From: Dimorphilus gyrociliatus
Lineage: Eukaryota > Animalia > Annelida
DNA length: 64,000 bases
Direction: 5' to 3'
NCBI GenBank assembly: GCA_904063045.1
Contig: CAJFCJ010000019.1
Coordinates: forward strand, 730,691 to 794,690
The position numbers and the translations under genes were made by a program. This document shows positions 25,513 to 37,120 of the stretch, one piece after another. The stretch's first letter is position 1. Every line of letters starts with the position of its first letter. Under the pieces are notes generated by a model that did no database searches, was not told the DNA's origin, and saw only the letters and a program-made list of their open reading frames with translations.

Positions 25513-28436
25513 ATGCAGATCAAAAATATTCTATTTTTATTAATATTTCATTTCAATTTATTTATTATTCAACTTTGTAATATTACAAATATTGATTTAA
25601 AATTTGGTTCGACTGTTATTATTTCGTGTAATTCAAAATGGACTATTAATACACGTAATACAAGATGGAAAAGTCCGAATGGATTGATTCATTCGTACCT
25701 ATCCAAAATATTTGTTGATAAACATCAATTGTTCGTCAATAAAAATGGTAAATTAGTTATAAAAAATATAAATTACAAAAATATAGGAATATACAAATGT
25801 GGGAAGATTTTAGATGAGAGAAGTAGACGCATTAAATTAATGATATACGATTTACCAAAATACAAAATACATCGCATTTTTACACTGAAAAATCAAAGCG
25901 TATGCAATGATTTACATCGAAAATCTTTAAACTTTTATCGCAAGATTTGTAGCTTTAAGTGTAATCATAAATTAGAATTCTTTAAGTGTCTAAAAAATAA
26001 AGTAGAAATCTCTCTAGTATGGCAGTCTGGAAGAACTACTGCAAAATTGGAAAAGGTATTAAAGTTAGAAAAACATTACTTGACTAAGTATTTGATGAAT
26101 TTTCGTCTAAAAATTGCTAAAATTTGTCGGAAAGGATATGAATATAAACATTATCCGAATAAATGTTATCCGTGTTTAAAAGGCTTCTATATGAAGAGAA
26201 GATCGTATAAATGTGTTAAATGTCCGAAGAACTTCTACTCCAACAGCTACGCAGCATCCAAATGTAAACAATGTCCGAAGAATACCATTACTTTCTCTAC
26301 AGGTTCAAAGAAATGCCTATACACTAGTATATTTCCCCAATTCGTAAAACTGGGTGAAAAGGTCAAACTAGAATGTCCATTAACATCTATATCTCTTTCT
26401 TTTCCCTCTGCTTCTCCATCTTCTTGGAAACGATTGAACGGAAGTAAATTTTCAATTAAACGCCATTCAATTGACGAAAGTGGCAATTTATTAATTAATA
26501 ATATTCAAGCAAGCGACGATGGAGTGTATGTTTGTAATTCGAAACAGATTCGATTAATTACCTATTCTCTCCCTATTCAACTCACTTTATCATCATCATC
26601 ATCAAAAGTTAATTGGAATTCAATAACTAATAAATTCTTTTATAAAACTTGTCACAAACAAATGGCTAATTGCCAAAATAGTTATTTAAACTTAAATATA
26701 AACTGTCACAGAACTCTTCAAACAGAAATAGAAGAAATAAAAGGATTACCTATAATTGAAAATATCTTCAAGACAAATTGTTCAAAATCTAGAAAACCGT
26801 TATTGACACTATCAATTAAGCCTAAGATAAGACAAGAAAATTTTAAGCCATTTTGCGTGGGGAAAACACTAAATATTAAATGGAAAAAGTTTGTTAAGGT
26901 ATTTTTAATTATTTATTTTTTATATTATGACCTAGTTTAATAGAAATTTTCTGATTTAATAAGGAATACTTTTTATTTGAAAATTCACTTAAAAAGCCCT
27001 TAAGTGATTACGACGAAATGATGAGTTTGTGCATTGTTAAAAGGATTATGAATAGAGTAAAGAGTTTAAAACATACTTTATTAAACTTTTATCCAACTAC
27101 TTTATGGAATTATAGATTACTGACAACCTGTCCACCAGGAATGCAACCTGATAGATATCTCCTACTATGTTCGTCTTGCCTTCCGGGAACTTACAAATCC
27201 TTTAATGGTCTTTATACTTGTATACCTTGCCCTAAAGGTTTTCAGCAACACCAATCAGGCTCTAAGACGTGTCGCCTCTGCCCTAAAAATTCTTCCTGCT
27301 ATCAGAAAGAATCTGTTCTATCAAGTCGTGCCCTCTTGGATGCTTTTGAATTGGGTCATATTAGAGGAATCAATACGATAACAATAAAAAAGAGGCAATC
27401 TATAACGTACGATACCGAAGAGGACGGGACTCGATATATTCCTAGTGATAGATCTTCGAAATTGGGAGAAGAATCAACTGCAAATGTATTTAAGTCTTTA
27501 ATCTGGATCTATAGAACAACGAAATCTTGTCCAAAAGATTATCTTAAATATAGTCAAAAGATAATTAATTTATTCATAGAAAAATGCAAAGATTTTTACG
27601 GACTAAGGGAAATTAATGAGAAGAAAATTCATGTAGATTCGAGCTGTCTGCAATCGAACAGCACTTATGTGCTAATAAATGTAAGATTAGCACGACTCTC
27701 AAAAAGGGTCGAAAGGTCATGTAACGTCACTAACGAAGATGAATGCGTGATAAAGCTAGAATTAAACCATTTAGATGACGTATACAGACGTTGTTTGCGG
27801 CCAGTTTTCGAAACTTTTTTCGCTAATTTAACGTCGTTGAAATTCTTTAAAGGAATTGATAGAACTCAAGTTGAATGCCAACCAGGACGTCAATACAATT
27901 CTTCGAAGTTCAAATGCGAAGAATGTCCGAAAGGAACTTATAAAGGAGAAGAGGATGAAGTATGTCTTCATTGCCCGTTTGGAAAATACCAGAATAAAGT
28001 TGGACAAACGGAATGTTTGGAATGTAATTCAAAAAGGACGAAAAACTCAAAAAGAGGTTCAAAGAGTAAAATTGATTGTGAAGATATTGCAATAAATCAA
28101 AGTAACAAAACTCAAATTGATAATGATAAATCTGATCTAGAAACCGATACTGATCACATACAAGACAATTGGAAGATTACTGATAGATCTAGAACCGGTG
28201 AAAAAGTTGATAATAAATTTTTATGGAATATCATAGCAGGATGTGTAATGTCGGCGATATTTTTCTTGTACTTTTTATGTAGTAGCTATTTACAAAGAAC
28301 CAAGGTAGAAGATATTAATTTGGAAAGAGAAGCTATTCTTCAAAAAATTACAACTGATAGAAATATACGAATAAGGGAGAATAATGCTGGTTTACGACCG
28401 AATACTACAATGGGTCTGATAGAAGGAGCTCCTTGA
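25513..28436 (+). CDS. Type I membrane protein (about 952 aa): signal peptide, two Ig domains, three ephrin-receptor-like/TNFR-like Cys-rich modules, TM helix, short tail
   Basis: The two track ORFs join in frame through a 65-nt intron (AAG|GTATTT at 26898/26899, TAATAAG| at 26963; exons 25513-26898 and 26964-28436). Ig signatures KLVIKNINYKNIGIYKC and LLINNIQASDDGVYVC; CxxCPKxxY repeats; TM FLWNIIAGCVMSAIFFLYFLCSSYL. Confidence 0.75.
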
Positions 28437-29413
28437 ATTTATTAATAATTTCTTTATAAAAACTTGTTAAACTTAAGTGATAATTAATTAATTTTATACC
28501 AAAAGACTTAACAACAGCTTATTATCGTTCTAAACTTATTTTCCATATAATCTTATTATAAATACTAGACACGTTTGATTATATTGTTTGAATCATTAAT
28601 ATAGATGTCGCTACAAGCTCTACTAATCCCAATGTAAATTTTTACAAGATTACTCTTCTTATTATCTGACAAGTTGATTTAAACTCTTTAATCTTTAATA
28701 TCCTGTTTGGAAACGTCATAAAAAGAATTTGTACTTTATAAATATATAAAAGTTTTTCTATTTTTTTTAAAAGAAAACCTGTTTGAAAATAACGTTCTAT
28801 AATCCTTCGGTCGTTTGTCAGTTTATTTATTTTATTTTCTTAGGTTTTATATCTCAGCTGTTTTCATCAATTTTAGAGATTTGAAAATGTTTTAGGAGAA
28901 TAAACTATGAAAGAATTTATGTGATAGTGTCGAATTTGTTTTGCCATTGCTTGTCAAATATTGTATTGAAATTTGATATCATATTTTGGGATAAGAGCCG
29001 ATTTGCTTTTAACTGAATAAACTACCCCATAAGCTTAAACTGTGAATTATTACGAATTTTATTATTATTGCAAAGGTGTAAAAAAACTTTTTTTTGCTCC
29101 TCGGAGACAAAAAACATGGCGTCTTGAAGGTGTAGAAGTAAAGATTTTTCGATTGATACTACTCTACTTTTCACTATTATTATAACTTTTTCTTAAACAA
29201 ATTTAATTCTTTCCCTTATTTCTTCTAGATCATAGAGTAAAGTTTAGAATATTATTTACTTTGATAGCTCTAGATTCAAGATAGAAAAAGAATACCGTTA
29301 AAGAAACAAAAATAGCTTTTAAAAGTAGCAGCTTTACACCAACTTCCGGTCTGTCTAGTGCATTTCCGTTCCTTGCTAAGTTCAAACTAAACAAAGGTTT
29401 TAATCGGAAAAAT

Positions 29414-30286
29414 ATGGAATCAAAGGAGCAGATATCTTTTATTTATAAAGAAGGGTTCTTCGAATGTGGATTTCCGAACTGTAATCATAAAGGACGTTTT
29501 TCCAAAAGCGAAATTTTGGCACACGTTTATAGGACTTTTCATGAGCCTGGATTCCATTATTCAATCTTGGTTTGTCAAATGCCGGAACATAATAGTGTAA
29601 CATCAGCATTACAGCATAAGTGTATATATATATGTGAAATTTTCGATCTTATTGAAGAGGAGATGATAAGAGAATCTGAAAGAGATGATATAGATCTACC
29701 GCCAACAATTGAAATTTACAACAATTCCAATCAAGTTGAAAGGCCGACTGCTTTCAACTACTATATTAGTCCTGTTACTTCTGCTGGTCCACAGAATCCT
29801 CCTCAACCGGTTGTCCGCTATCCACCCCTTCCAACTACTCCCGCACCGCTACCTCCTCCCCTTCCTCCTCCAATATGTTCTACCGCTCCGAGTCGCATGG
29901 CTCATAGAATGCCCAACTATCCTCAACCTCCGCCTGCCCATACTAATTCTCAGAACTTATTGAGAAATCTACAATACCCGGGTACACCGATGTATAGTCA
30001 CAATCTCCATCCGAAAAAGCATGTATGTTATCATTGTGGAATATCTTGCTCAACAAAACTCGAAGCTATGGAACATATTGAAAGGCTTCATTTTAAAAGT
30101 GCTATACGTTGCAACTATACATCTTGTGCATATATAAATTCAATGGACAAGGTTATATCTCACATTATGTCGAAGCATAAGTTGTCGTGTGATCTTTCAA
30201 CTTTAAAACTGCAACTATTGGGAGCAATCATTCGAATAGTTGAGTTTTGCAATACTAATGACAATGTTTATTGCTTGAAGGCTTGA
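29414..30286 (+). CDS. Intronless protein with atypical C2H2-like zinc fingers flanking a proline-rich linker, 290 aa
   Basis: CGFPNC...HVYRTFH, CYHC...HIERLH and CNYTSC...HIMSKH patterns; central PPPLPPP stretch; AATAAA overlaps the stop codon. Confidence 0.7.
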   Translation: MESKEQISFIYKEGFFECGFPNCNHKGRFSKSEILAHVYRTFHEPGFHYSILVCQMPEHNSVTSALQHKCIYICEIFDLIEEEMIRESERDDIDLPPTIEIYNNSNQVERPTAFNYYISPVTSAGPQNPPQPVVRYPPLPTTPAPLPPPLPPPICSTAPSRMAHRMPNYPQPPPAHTNSQNLLRNLQYPGTPMYSHNLHPKKHVCYHCGISCSTKLEAMEHIERLHFKSAIRCNYTSCAYINSMDKVISHIMSKHKLSCDLSTLKLQLLGAIIRIVEFCNTNDNVYCLKA

Positions 30287-30512
30287 ATAAAAGGCGAAAG
30301 AGAATAAACTGATGTGTTGTCTTCTAGTAAAAACTAGTGACCAATGTTTCGATTCCGAAATACAATTAATATTATATCATTTTAAATATTTACGGTATGG
30401 AAAAAAGAACAGATTAAAATGCGCAATCAGTAGGAGGCGCGCTCTCCAGCGACCAATAAAAGCTAAGAGCGTTGCCGAGACGGCGGCATTATTCGACCGA
30501 CGGTCGGTGAAA

Positions 30513-33093
30513 ATGTTTATTCTACTTCTTCTTTTTCCACTCCTTTCTGTGGATTCTTGCAGTATAGATGGGGAGGCGAAATATTGTACTCCAAAAATTA
30601 TGGACATGTCTCGAGGAGAATCTATATCTACACGGGTCTCTTCTATTTGTAAAAATAAAGAAATTTGCTACGATATAAATGACAAGAATGGAATAGAATG
30701 CTTTCAATGTAATTCAACTGTCGAACACTTAACAGATTTAGAACCTCGGCTAAGAACTTGTTGGATTTCGGATATCTTACCAAAATTGGGCCCGAAACGA
30801 GTCCAATTAATCTTTTCTTTTGGAAAAACAATTGAAGTTACTTATATAAAGATAAACTTCTGTCAAAATGCCCAACCCGATAGTATGGTCATAAAGAAAT
30901 CGGTTGACGGTAAAAGATGGGTGCCTTTTCAATATTATTCCTCTGATTGCCGACGAAACTATAAAGTGGAAGAGGGTGGAAAAGTAACCCGAGATAACGA
31001 AGTTCAAGCACTCTGCCACCGAATCCTACCTAATGAGGATTCCATAAGTTTTTCCCCGCTAAAGTTTAGGCCTTCTAGCCAACAATCCGATGAATCTCCG
31101 AGCTTAAATGATTGGATAACAGTCTCAAATCTACAAATAGATTTGGATAATCCTAAAGTAGGCTTCAACCACTATTCGATATCGGACATAAAGATTGTCG
31201 GAAGGTGTAAATGCAACGGCCACGCTTCTCGTTGTATTCAAGATAAGAATGGACGGCTAAGATGCGACTGCAAGCATTTTACGGCGGGAAGAGATTGCGA
31301 GAAATGCAAGACTGGCTATCATGATCGTCCCTGGGCTCGAGGAACTAGGGATAACCCTAACGCATGCGTAGGTGAGAAACCAGGTGTTTGTAGATCGGCT
31401 ATAATTTGTCTAAAAAAAAGCATACAACGTTTAAGCAGCTGCAGCTGGTATAATCCTACTGTTTCCTTCCTAGTTTTCATTCCCCACCGCAAATAAACTT
31501 TCTAATACTCTTTTTCCTTGAATGTGCAGCCTGCAACTGCAATCAACACTCAAACCAATGCCGTTTCAACCCGAAATTGTATGCCTTATCTAATCAGGAA
31601 TCGGGTGGATATTGTACAAATTGCCAACACAATACAATTGGAAATAGATGCGAAGTATGTAAGGAAGGATTCTATAGAAATCCAAGGAGGAAGATTATTC
31701 ATCGAGACGCTTGTATAGGTTTGTAAACTAAATATTTATGGTAACTTTTTTCTTTTTATTATAAATAAGAGTTTGTTCGGTATCACTTTTCTTGGGTCTT
31801 AAAAATGCCTACTATTCCCTCTCGTGTTATTGAATAGGAACGAAAGATAAAGAAAGGGGGGTGGAAGGTGTCAATAATAGTGGTGGTAGTAATGGTGGTT
31901 GTGGGGGTGCTGGAGGCGATGTTGATCAAAACACGACGGCAGATAATCATTTGTTTCTTGTTTGTCATAAATAAGCAAACATGACATAGTTATGTAATAT
32001 ATAAACAAGGTTACGCCGGGAATAGGCACCTGGCTTTAACACTGATTGATTATCACCCCCTCTTCTGTCTTATCCCGTATATTTTTACAGCTTGCAAATC
32101 AGTTCCGCTGCTGGCCATAGGCTATTGTTCTATTCCGTATATCATCAAAACATCTGCGCCCCCTCCTACCTTACCCCTCTTTCTCTATTCGTTACCAAGG
32201 GAGATGGGAAGAGTGACGGAAAAGAATGCAATGGGAAAACGATTGTAATTCCCCCCACCCACTAGTCCCTGTCGTCCTTTTTTTCTTTCCTTCCCCTTGT
32301 GCCCCTATCGAAAAGTGATTAATTTCGATTACGTAATACAGCGTGTGACTGCCACCCGACTGGTTCTCTTAGTAAAAGGTGTGACGAATCGACTGGACAA
32401 TGCGACTGTAAGAAGAATACAGTGGGAAGGAACTGTAACATGTGTGCCCAGGGCTACGAACAGTCGAATTCATTAAAGCAGCCCTGCGTAAGGAAGCGTA
32501 AGTAGGAGCGATGATTCACAGCCCCTCTCGCGTTATTCATAATTGATTAAGATTTGTTTGTATTCAGGAAACGTCGAAAAGTGCAAGAAATGTCGAAGGG
32601 ACAGCAGAAAATTAACAAGGGAAAAGTATTGTAAGAATGACTATGGTAAGTCTTTACTCATTATACAATACGATTTACAACCTAAACTCTTACGCAATTC
32701 TTTTATAATCTAGCTTTATTCGTTGAAGTTCAAGACAGTTATAAGCTAAGACAAGGAAACCAAATATGGATGTGTCATAAAATCTATGTTCATATGCGTT
32801 ATAAAACACCGTCACTATTCAGTACTGTTGAAAAGGACGATACGACAAATGTTTGCATACGCTTGAAGAAGAATTCTTGCATTTGTCCTAAGTTAAAAAA
32901 AGGCAAACCGTACTTTATCTTGGCAAAGCAAATGAGAAGTAAGAGAAGAAGAAGAAATGAACGTTGGAAGGCAAGCGTTAGAAGTAGTTTAAGATTGGAT
33001 CGTAGCAGTGTCGTAATGAAATGGAGGGGAACTTACAAAATGGAAAGAAAAATAGAAAAATATCAACATCTAAATAGAATTGGGATGTGTTAA
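30513..33093 (+). CDS. NTN: Netrin (signal peptide, laminin N-terminal domain, 3 laminin-EGF repeats, NTR/C345C domain)
   Basis: Exons 30513-31371, 31530-31718, 32342-32497, 32568-32645, 32714-33093. Motifs [67 protein letters not shown] and a basic C-terminal NTR domain. The hydrophobic leader [12 protein letters not shown] supports ATG 30513 over the track start at 30312. Confidence 0.92.
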
Positions 33094-33587
33094 CACCCTT
33101 ATCATTTGATATTAATAATATTAATGTACATTTATACAAACTTAAACTACCAAGAAACTGTGCCAAATGTATGGAAAAACGTTAAAGTAACTAGTGGCCT
33201 AATAAATAAGTGTTGTGTATACTTTTTCCTTTCTCTTTTTACTCCTTTTCATCTATCTATTTATCTTTTTTCTATCTCCTTCGCTCGGTAGATTGAGAAA
33301 ACTAGTCGGTCATGTCAGCTGTAAAATTATAATTAAACTACTCCTATTACTCATCCGTTACTGTCAACGCCTTATAAATTAAACGATTTAGTTAACAAGC
33401 TCTCTGTTAAAGATTTAAAGTTTGCAGTTTTTGACAGTACAGTACAGTAATCACCTACAAACTACCTCAATTCGATAAACAGTCGTTTATATCATTATAT
33501 ATAAAAACCATCAGTTTAATCTGAAAAAAGCCATCTGGCGGCAAAATATATATTTATCTTATTGAATAAAGTTTCTTTTTTTTTCAT

Positions 33588-34183
33588 TTAACACTCAATT
33601 CCGTATTTACTAAAGCGTCTTAAGATAACACCAATTTCTAAGTGGACTTTACCCATAGTTTCAGTTTTTAAGTGAATTCTTTCAGCTACGTTGGATACAG
33701 TGTCGTCTCTAAGTAATTGATGACCACCCCCAAGAAACATCTGAGTAATATCGTCACGCCAAGTTCCGGCTGGTCGCCAAGTAGGACATTCTATCTTGTG
33801 CATTCCTGGAGTTGTGGGTATATGGCAGAAACCATAACTAAACAAATCAACTCTGCCGTAATTATCTTGGTGCCAAACTTCAAATCGAAACTTTGGCCAG
33901 CCTTGTAAGCCCTTTGTTGCAAAATGAACGTCAATTGGATGAAGCCAATAGGCCATTTCTTCGTTTTGAGGCAGGTCAACTTGAGTCTGGCCTTCTCTTA
34001 AACCGGCTAATTTTTTCCAGGCTGCACCTGAATTATTCATTAAGTAATAAACAAGAGAATAATAATAATTCAATAGAACAAATTACCAGAGTGTATAGAC
34101 CATTTACAGAACAAATTGTGATTTGGAAAACCACTAGCACCCACGACTTGCCCAATAATATGTACTTCTGGTACCTCTGCCAT
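33588..34183 (-). CDS. B9D2: B9 domain-containing protein 2 (ciliary transition zone, MKS module)
   Basis: Exons 34183-34087 and 34027-33588. [59 protein letters not shown] terminus. Confidence 0.95.
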
Positions 34184-34391
34184 GGTCTGGGAGAACGATA
34201 ATCGGTTTTGTTCAAGAATTTAATAAAAATCACAATTTAATACGCTTCTCAATAAAATGTATTTATAGTTAAATTAACTTCAGATCTAGTTTATATCCAT
34301 TTAAACTGGAATTTATTAATTAAGGTAGAAAGTTCATTCATAAAAAAGAAGAGATTGTGAGAAAAAACTCAGCTGCAATGGAATGTTTACC

Positions 34392-34405
34392 GTTGCTATC
34401 GAAAT
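34392..34405. promoter_or_regulatory. X-box-like (RFX) element GTTGCTATCGAAAT upstream of B9D2
   Basis: One perfect RFX half-site (GTTGCTA) and a degenerate second half, about 210 bp upstream of the B9D2 ATG in the divergent B9D2/TDP1 promoter. Confidence 0.35.
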
Positions 34406-34648
34406 TTCGTAAATTCCGAGAATTATTACTTGGCACTAAATTTTTATTATATTTTATACTAAAACGTTGTTTTAATCATTTTTTCGAAATATTTTATTTC
34501 TTACGAAAAGAATATTCAATATAAATAAGAGGGCGAAAGCTTATTTTTAAAACTAAAATTAATGTTTCAACGAGAAATTTAAAGCAGAATTTTCCTAATT
34601 AATCATATTAAAGTAATTTCCAATTTTTTAAATACTTAATTAGTACAC

Positions 34649-37053
34649 ATGTCAACAGACGAAGAGATTGCTCGTAAACTCCAAGAAGAGGTAATATTTT
34701 TTGGGCGATAATATGGGAGTTACTATTAAATATATTATCGTTAGTTTGATAGAGAAAACGAAATAGCGTTACGGCAGGTTGAGGAAGATAGTAGATTTGC
34801 CGCTAGTTTAATGGATAAGAAAGCATCTAGTAAAAGGAAATGGCCGTCAGAGGCTGATCTTTTTGGCGATTCAGAGGAAGAGGACAGTCCTAATAAGAAA
34901 CCGAGCCTGACTCGTCAGGAGACTAATCATTCAATATCAAGCAGTAACGAAGAGTCAGAGAAAGATGATGGATATGCTAAAAAAGAATGCCCCTATGGTA
35001 GTAACTGTTATCGTAAAAATCCAAAGCATTTCCTTGAATTTACCCATTCTAAAGGAAGTTTCTCGGAAAGTCTAAACGATAAGTGGAATAGGTCATCCCC
35101 CTTTAACTTCTTTCTAACAAAAGCCAAGGGAATAGACAATAAATATAACGCAAATCAATCTGTCCATATAAAAGGTACCAAAATAAGATTTTTATTCATT
35201 TATATCTTAGCGAAGTATGATTATTTAATCTTCTTCTTAGAAATCCTTTCCGAATCTTTTGGAGAACTTGTTCAATCGGCTCAAGTTTGTTAATATATTA
35301 TTATAGTTTGCTAACATAAATTTTATTTTTTACTGTCTAGTTTAATTATAAGATCGATGTTGATTGGTTAGTTCAATGCTATCCTGAAAGTTTTAGGTAA
35401 AATACGAGGGAAAAATGTATTTTAATTGTGATAATCCAGTTCATATGTAAATACTTCTATTTTATCAATAGGTCGAAACCTTTATTGATTGTACATGGTT
35501 TTAAAGGAAGAGAGAAGCAGGATTTGGAATCTGAGGCAGCCAAATACGATCATATAGGATTCTGTCAAGCCAGATTGGATATTGCTTACGGTACTCATCA
35601 TTCGTAAGTTATAAAATAAGAAAAACGGTTATTTCTAATGTACATATGGAAATGTGTTTAAAGGAAGATGATGCTTTTGAAATATACGGATGGAATTAGA
35701 GTGGTTATTCATACAGCCAATTTAGTTCACGGTGATTGGCATCAAAAGACCCAAGGGTTTGTATTTCCTAAAAGTTTATACAAGTGATAAATTTCATTGA
35801 AAATACTTGAACAGAGTTTGGATAAGTCCTCTTTTCCCCATATTACTTGGTCAAGGATCTGGGGAATCGGACACAAAGTTTAGGAAAGATTTAATTGATT
35901 ATTTGACAGCGTACAACCATCCCAAGTTAAGATCATGGATAGAAATGATAAAAACTCACGATTTTTCAGATTGCAGGTAAGATCTATAAGGAGGAGAGTC
36001 TTATGATTTGACTTATTTTCTATTGCAGAGTACATTTAGTGGCGTCAGTTCCTGGTCGTCATACAGATATATCCAAAGATAAATGGGGTCATTTAAAATT
36101 ACGTAAACTTTTAAAACAAGTTGAACCAAGTTGCAAACAGTGGCCAATTGTTGGTCAATTTTCAAGTATAGGATCACTGGGCGCAAAAAGTGAAGACTGG
36201 CTTTGCTCCGAGTGGTTGTCTAGTCTTTCTACAATGGGACAAACTCTTGTAGAAAAATCACAACTACGTTTGGTATATATATATTTAAATCTATTAGAAC
36301 ATCCTAAGCTGTAACTCTTTCTCATTTTGTAAGGTGTTTCCTTCTGTTGATAATGTCCGATTAAGTTTAGAGGGTTATCCGGCTGGCGGTTCGTTGCCAT
36401 ATAGCATTCATACTGCTAAGAAACAGACCTATCTACATTCTTTCCTTCAGTAAGTTTTTCTCTTATCGGTATGGAACGCAATTAAAATTTACTCTTCAGT
36501 GTCTGGAAGTCCGATAGAAATGGTAGAACCCAAGCCTCGCCGCATATAAAAACTTATATGAGAATGTCGCCTGATGGTGAAAATCTAGCTTGGTTTGCCT
36601 GCACTAGGTAGCTATAAAAATAAGTATATAAAGTATTGAATTTCTTCAAGAATCTAGTTTGCTTCAGCGCTAACTTATCAAAAGCTGCTTGGGGAGTTTT
36701 AGAGAAAAAAGGATACCAATTGATGATAAGGTCTTACGAAATCGGTGTTCTATTTTTGCCAAAATCCTTTGTAAGTTTTCCCTGCTTTAACAAATCTGTT
36801 AAAGTTTATCAATATATATTCATTGCAACATAGAGTAAGGAAGTTTTTAAGATTAAGGATGATAATTTTCTCGTCCCTTTTGATTTACCTCCCACACCAT
36901 ATGAAAAATCAGGTATAAATACAATAGCGTAACCTCTTTTTTTATAATTCAACAACAATTTTTTATAATCAACTTACAGATCACCCCTGGATATGGGATA
37001 TTCCGCACGTTAACAAACCAGACACGCACGGTATGAAATGGTGTCCGAATTAA
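34649..37053 (+). CDS. TDP1: Tyrosyl-DNA phosphodiesterase 1 with N-terminal MIU/UIM-like and PBZ modules
   Basis: 13 exons: 34649-34690, 34745-35174, 35241-35284, 35341-35396, 35472-35603, 35664-35756, 35815-35976, 36029-36272, 36334-36449, 36500-36607, 36668-36770, 36834-36912, 36980-37053. Catalytic motifs AYGTHHSKMM...HTANL and [10 protein letters not shown]...[11 protein letters not shown]; C-terminal [14 protein letters not shown]. Confidence 0.95.
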
Positions 37054-37120
37054 GATTAAAAAATATAAAAAAAAGAATTTTACAAATATATACAAAGTTC
37101 TTATTTACAAATTGAAATTC

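Noticed and set aside
30312-30512. Upstream in-frame extension of the netrin ORF given by the ORF track
   Set aside because: It starts 26 nt after the previous gene's stop and lacks signal-peptide character. The signal peptide begins at ATG 30513.
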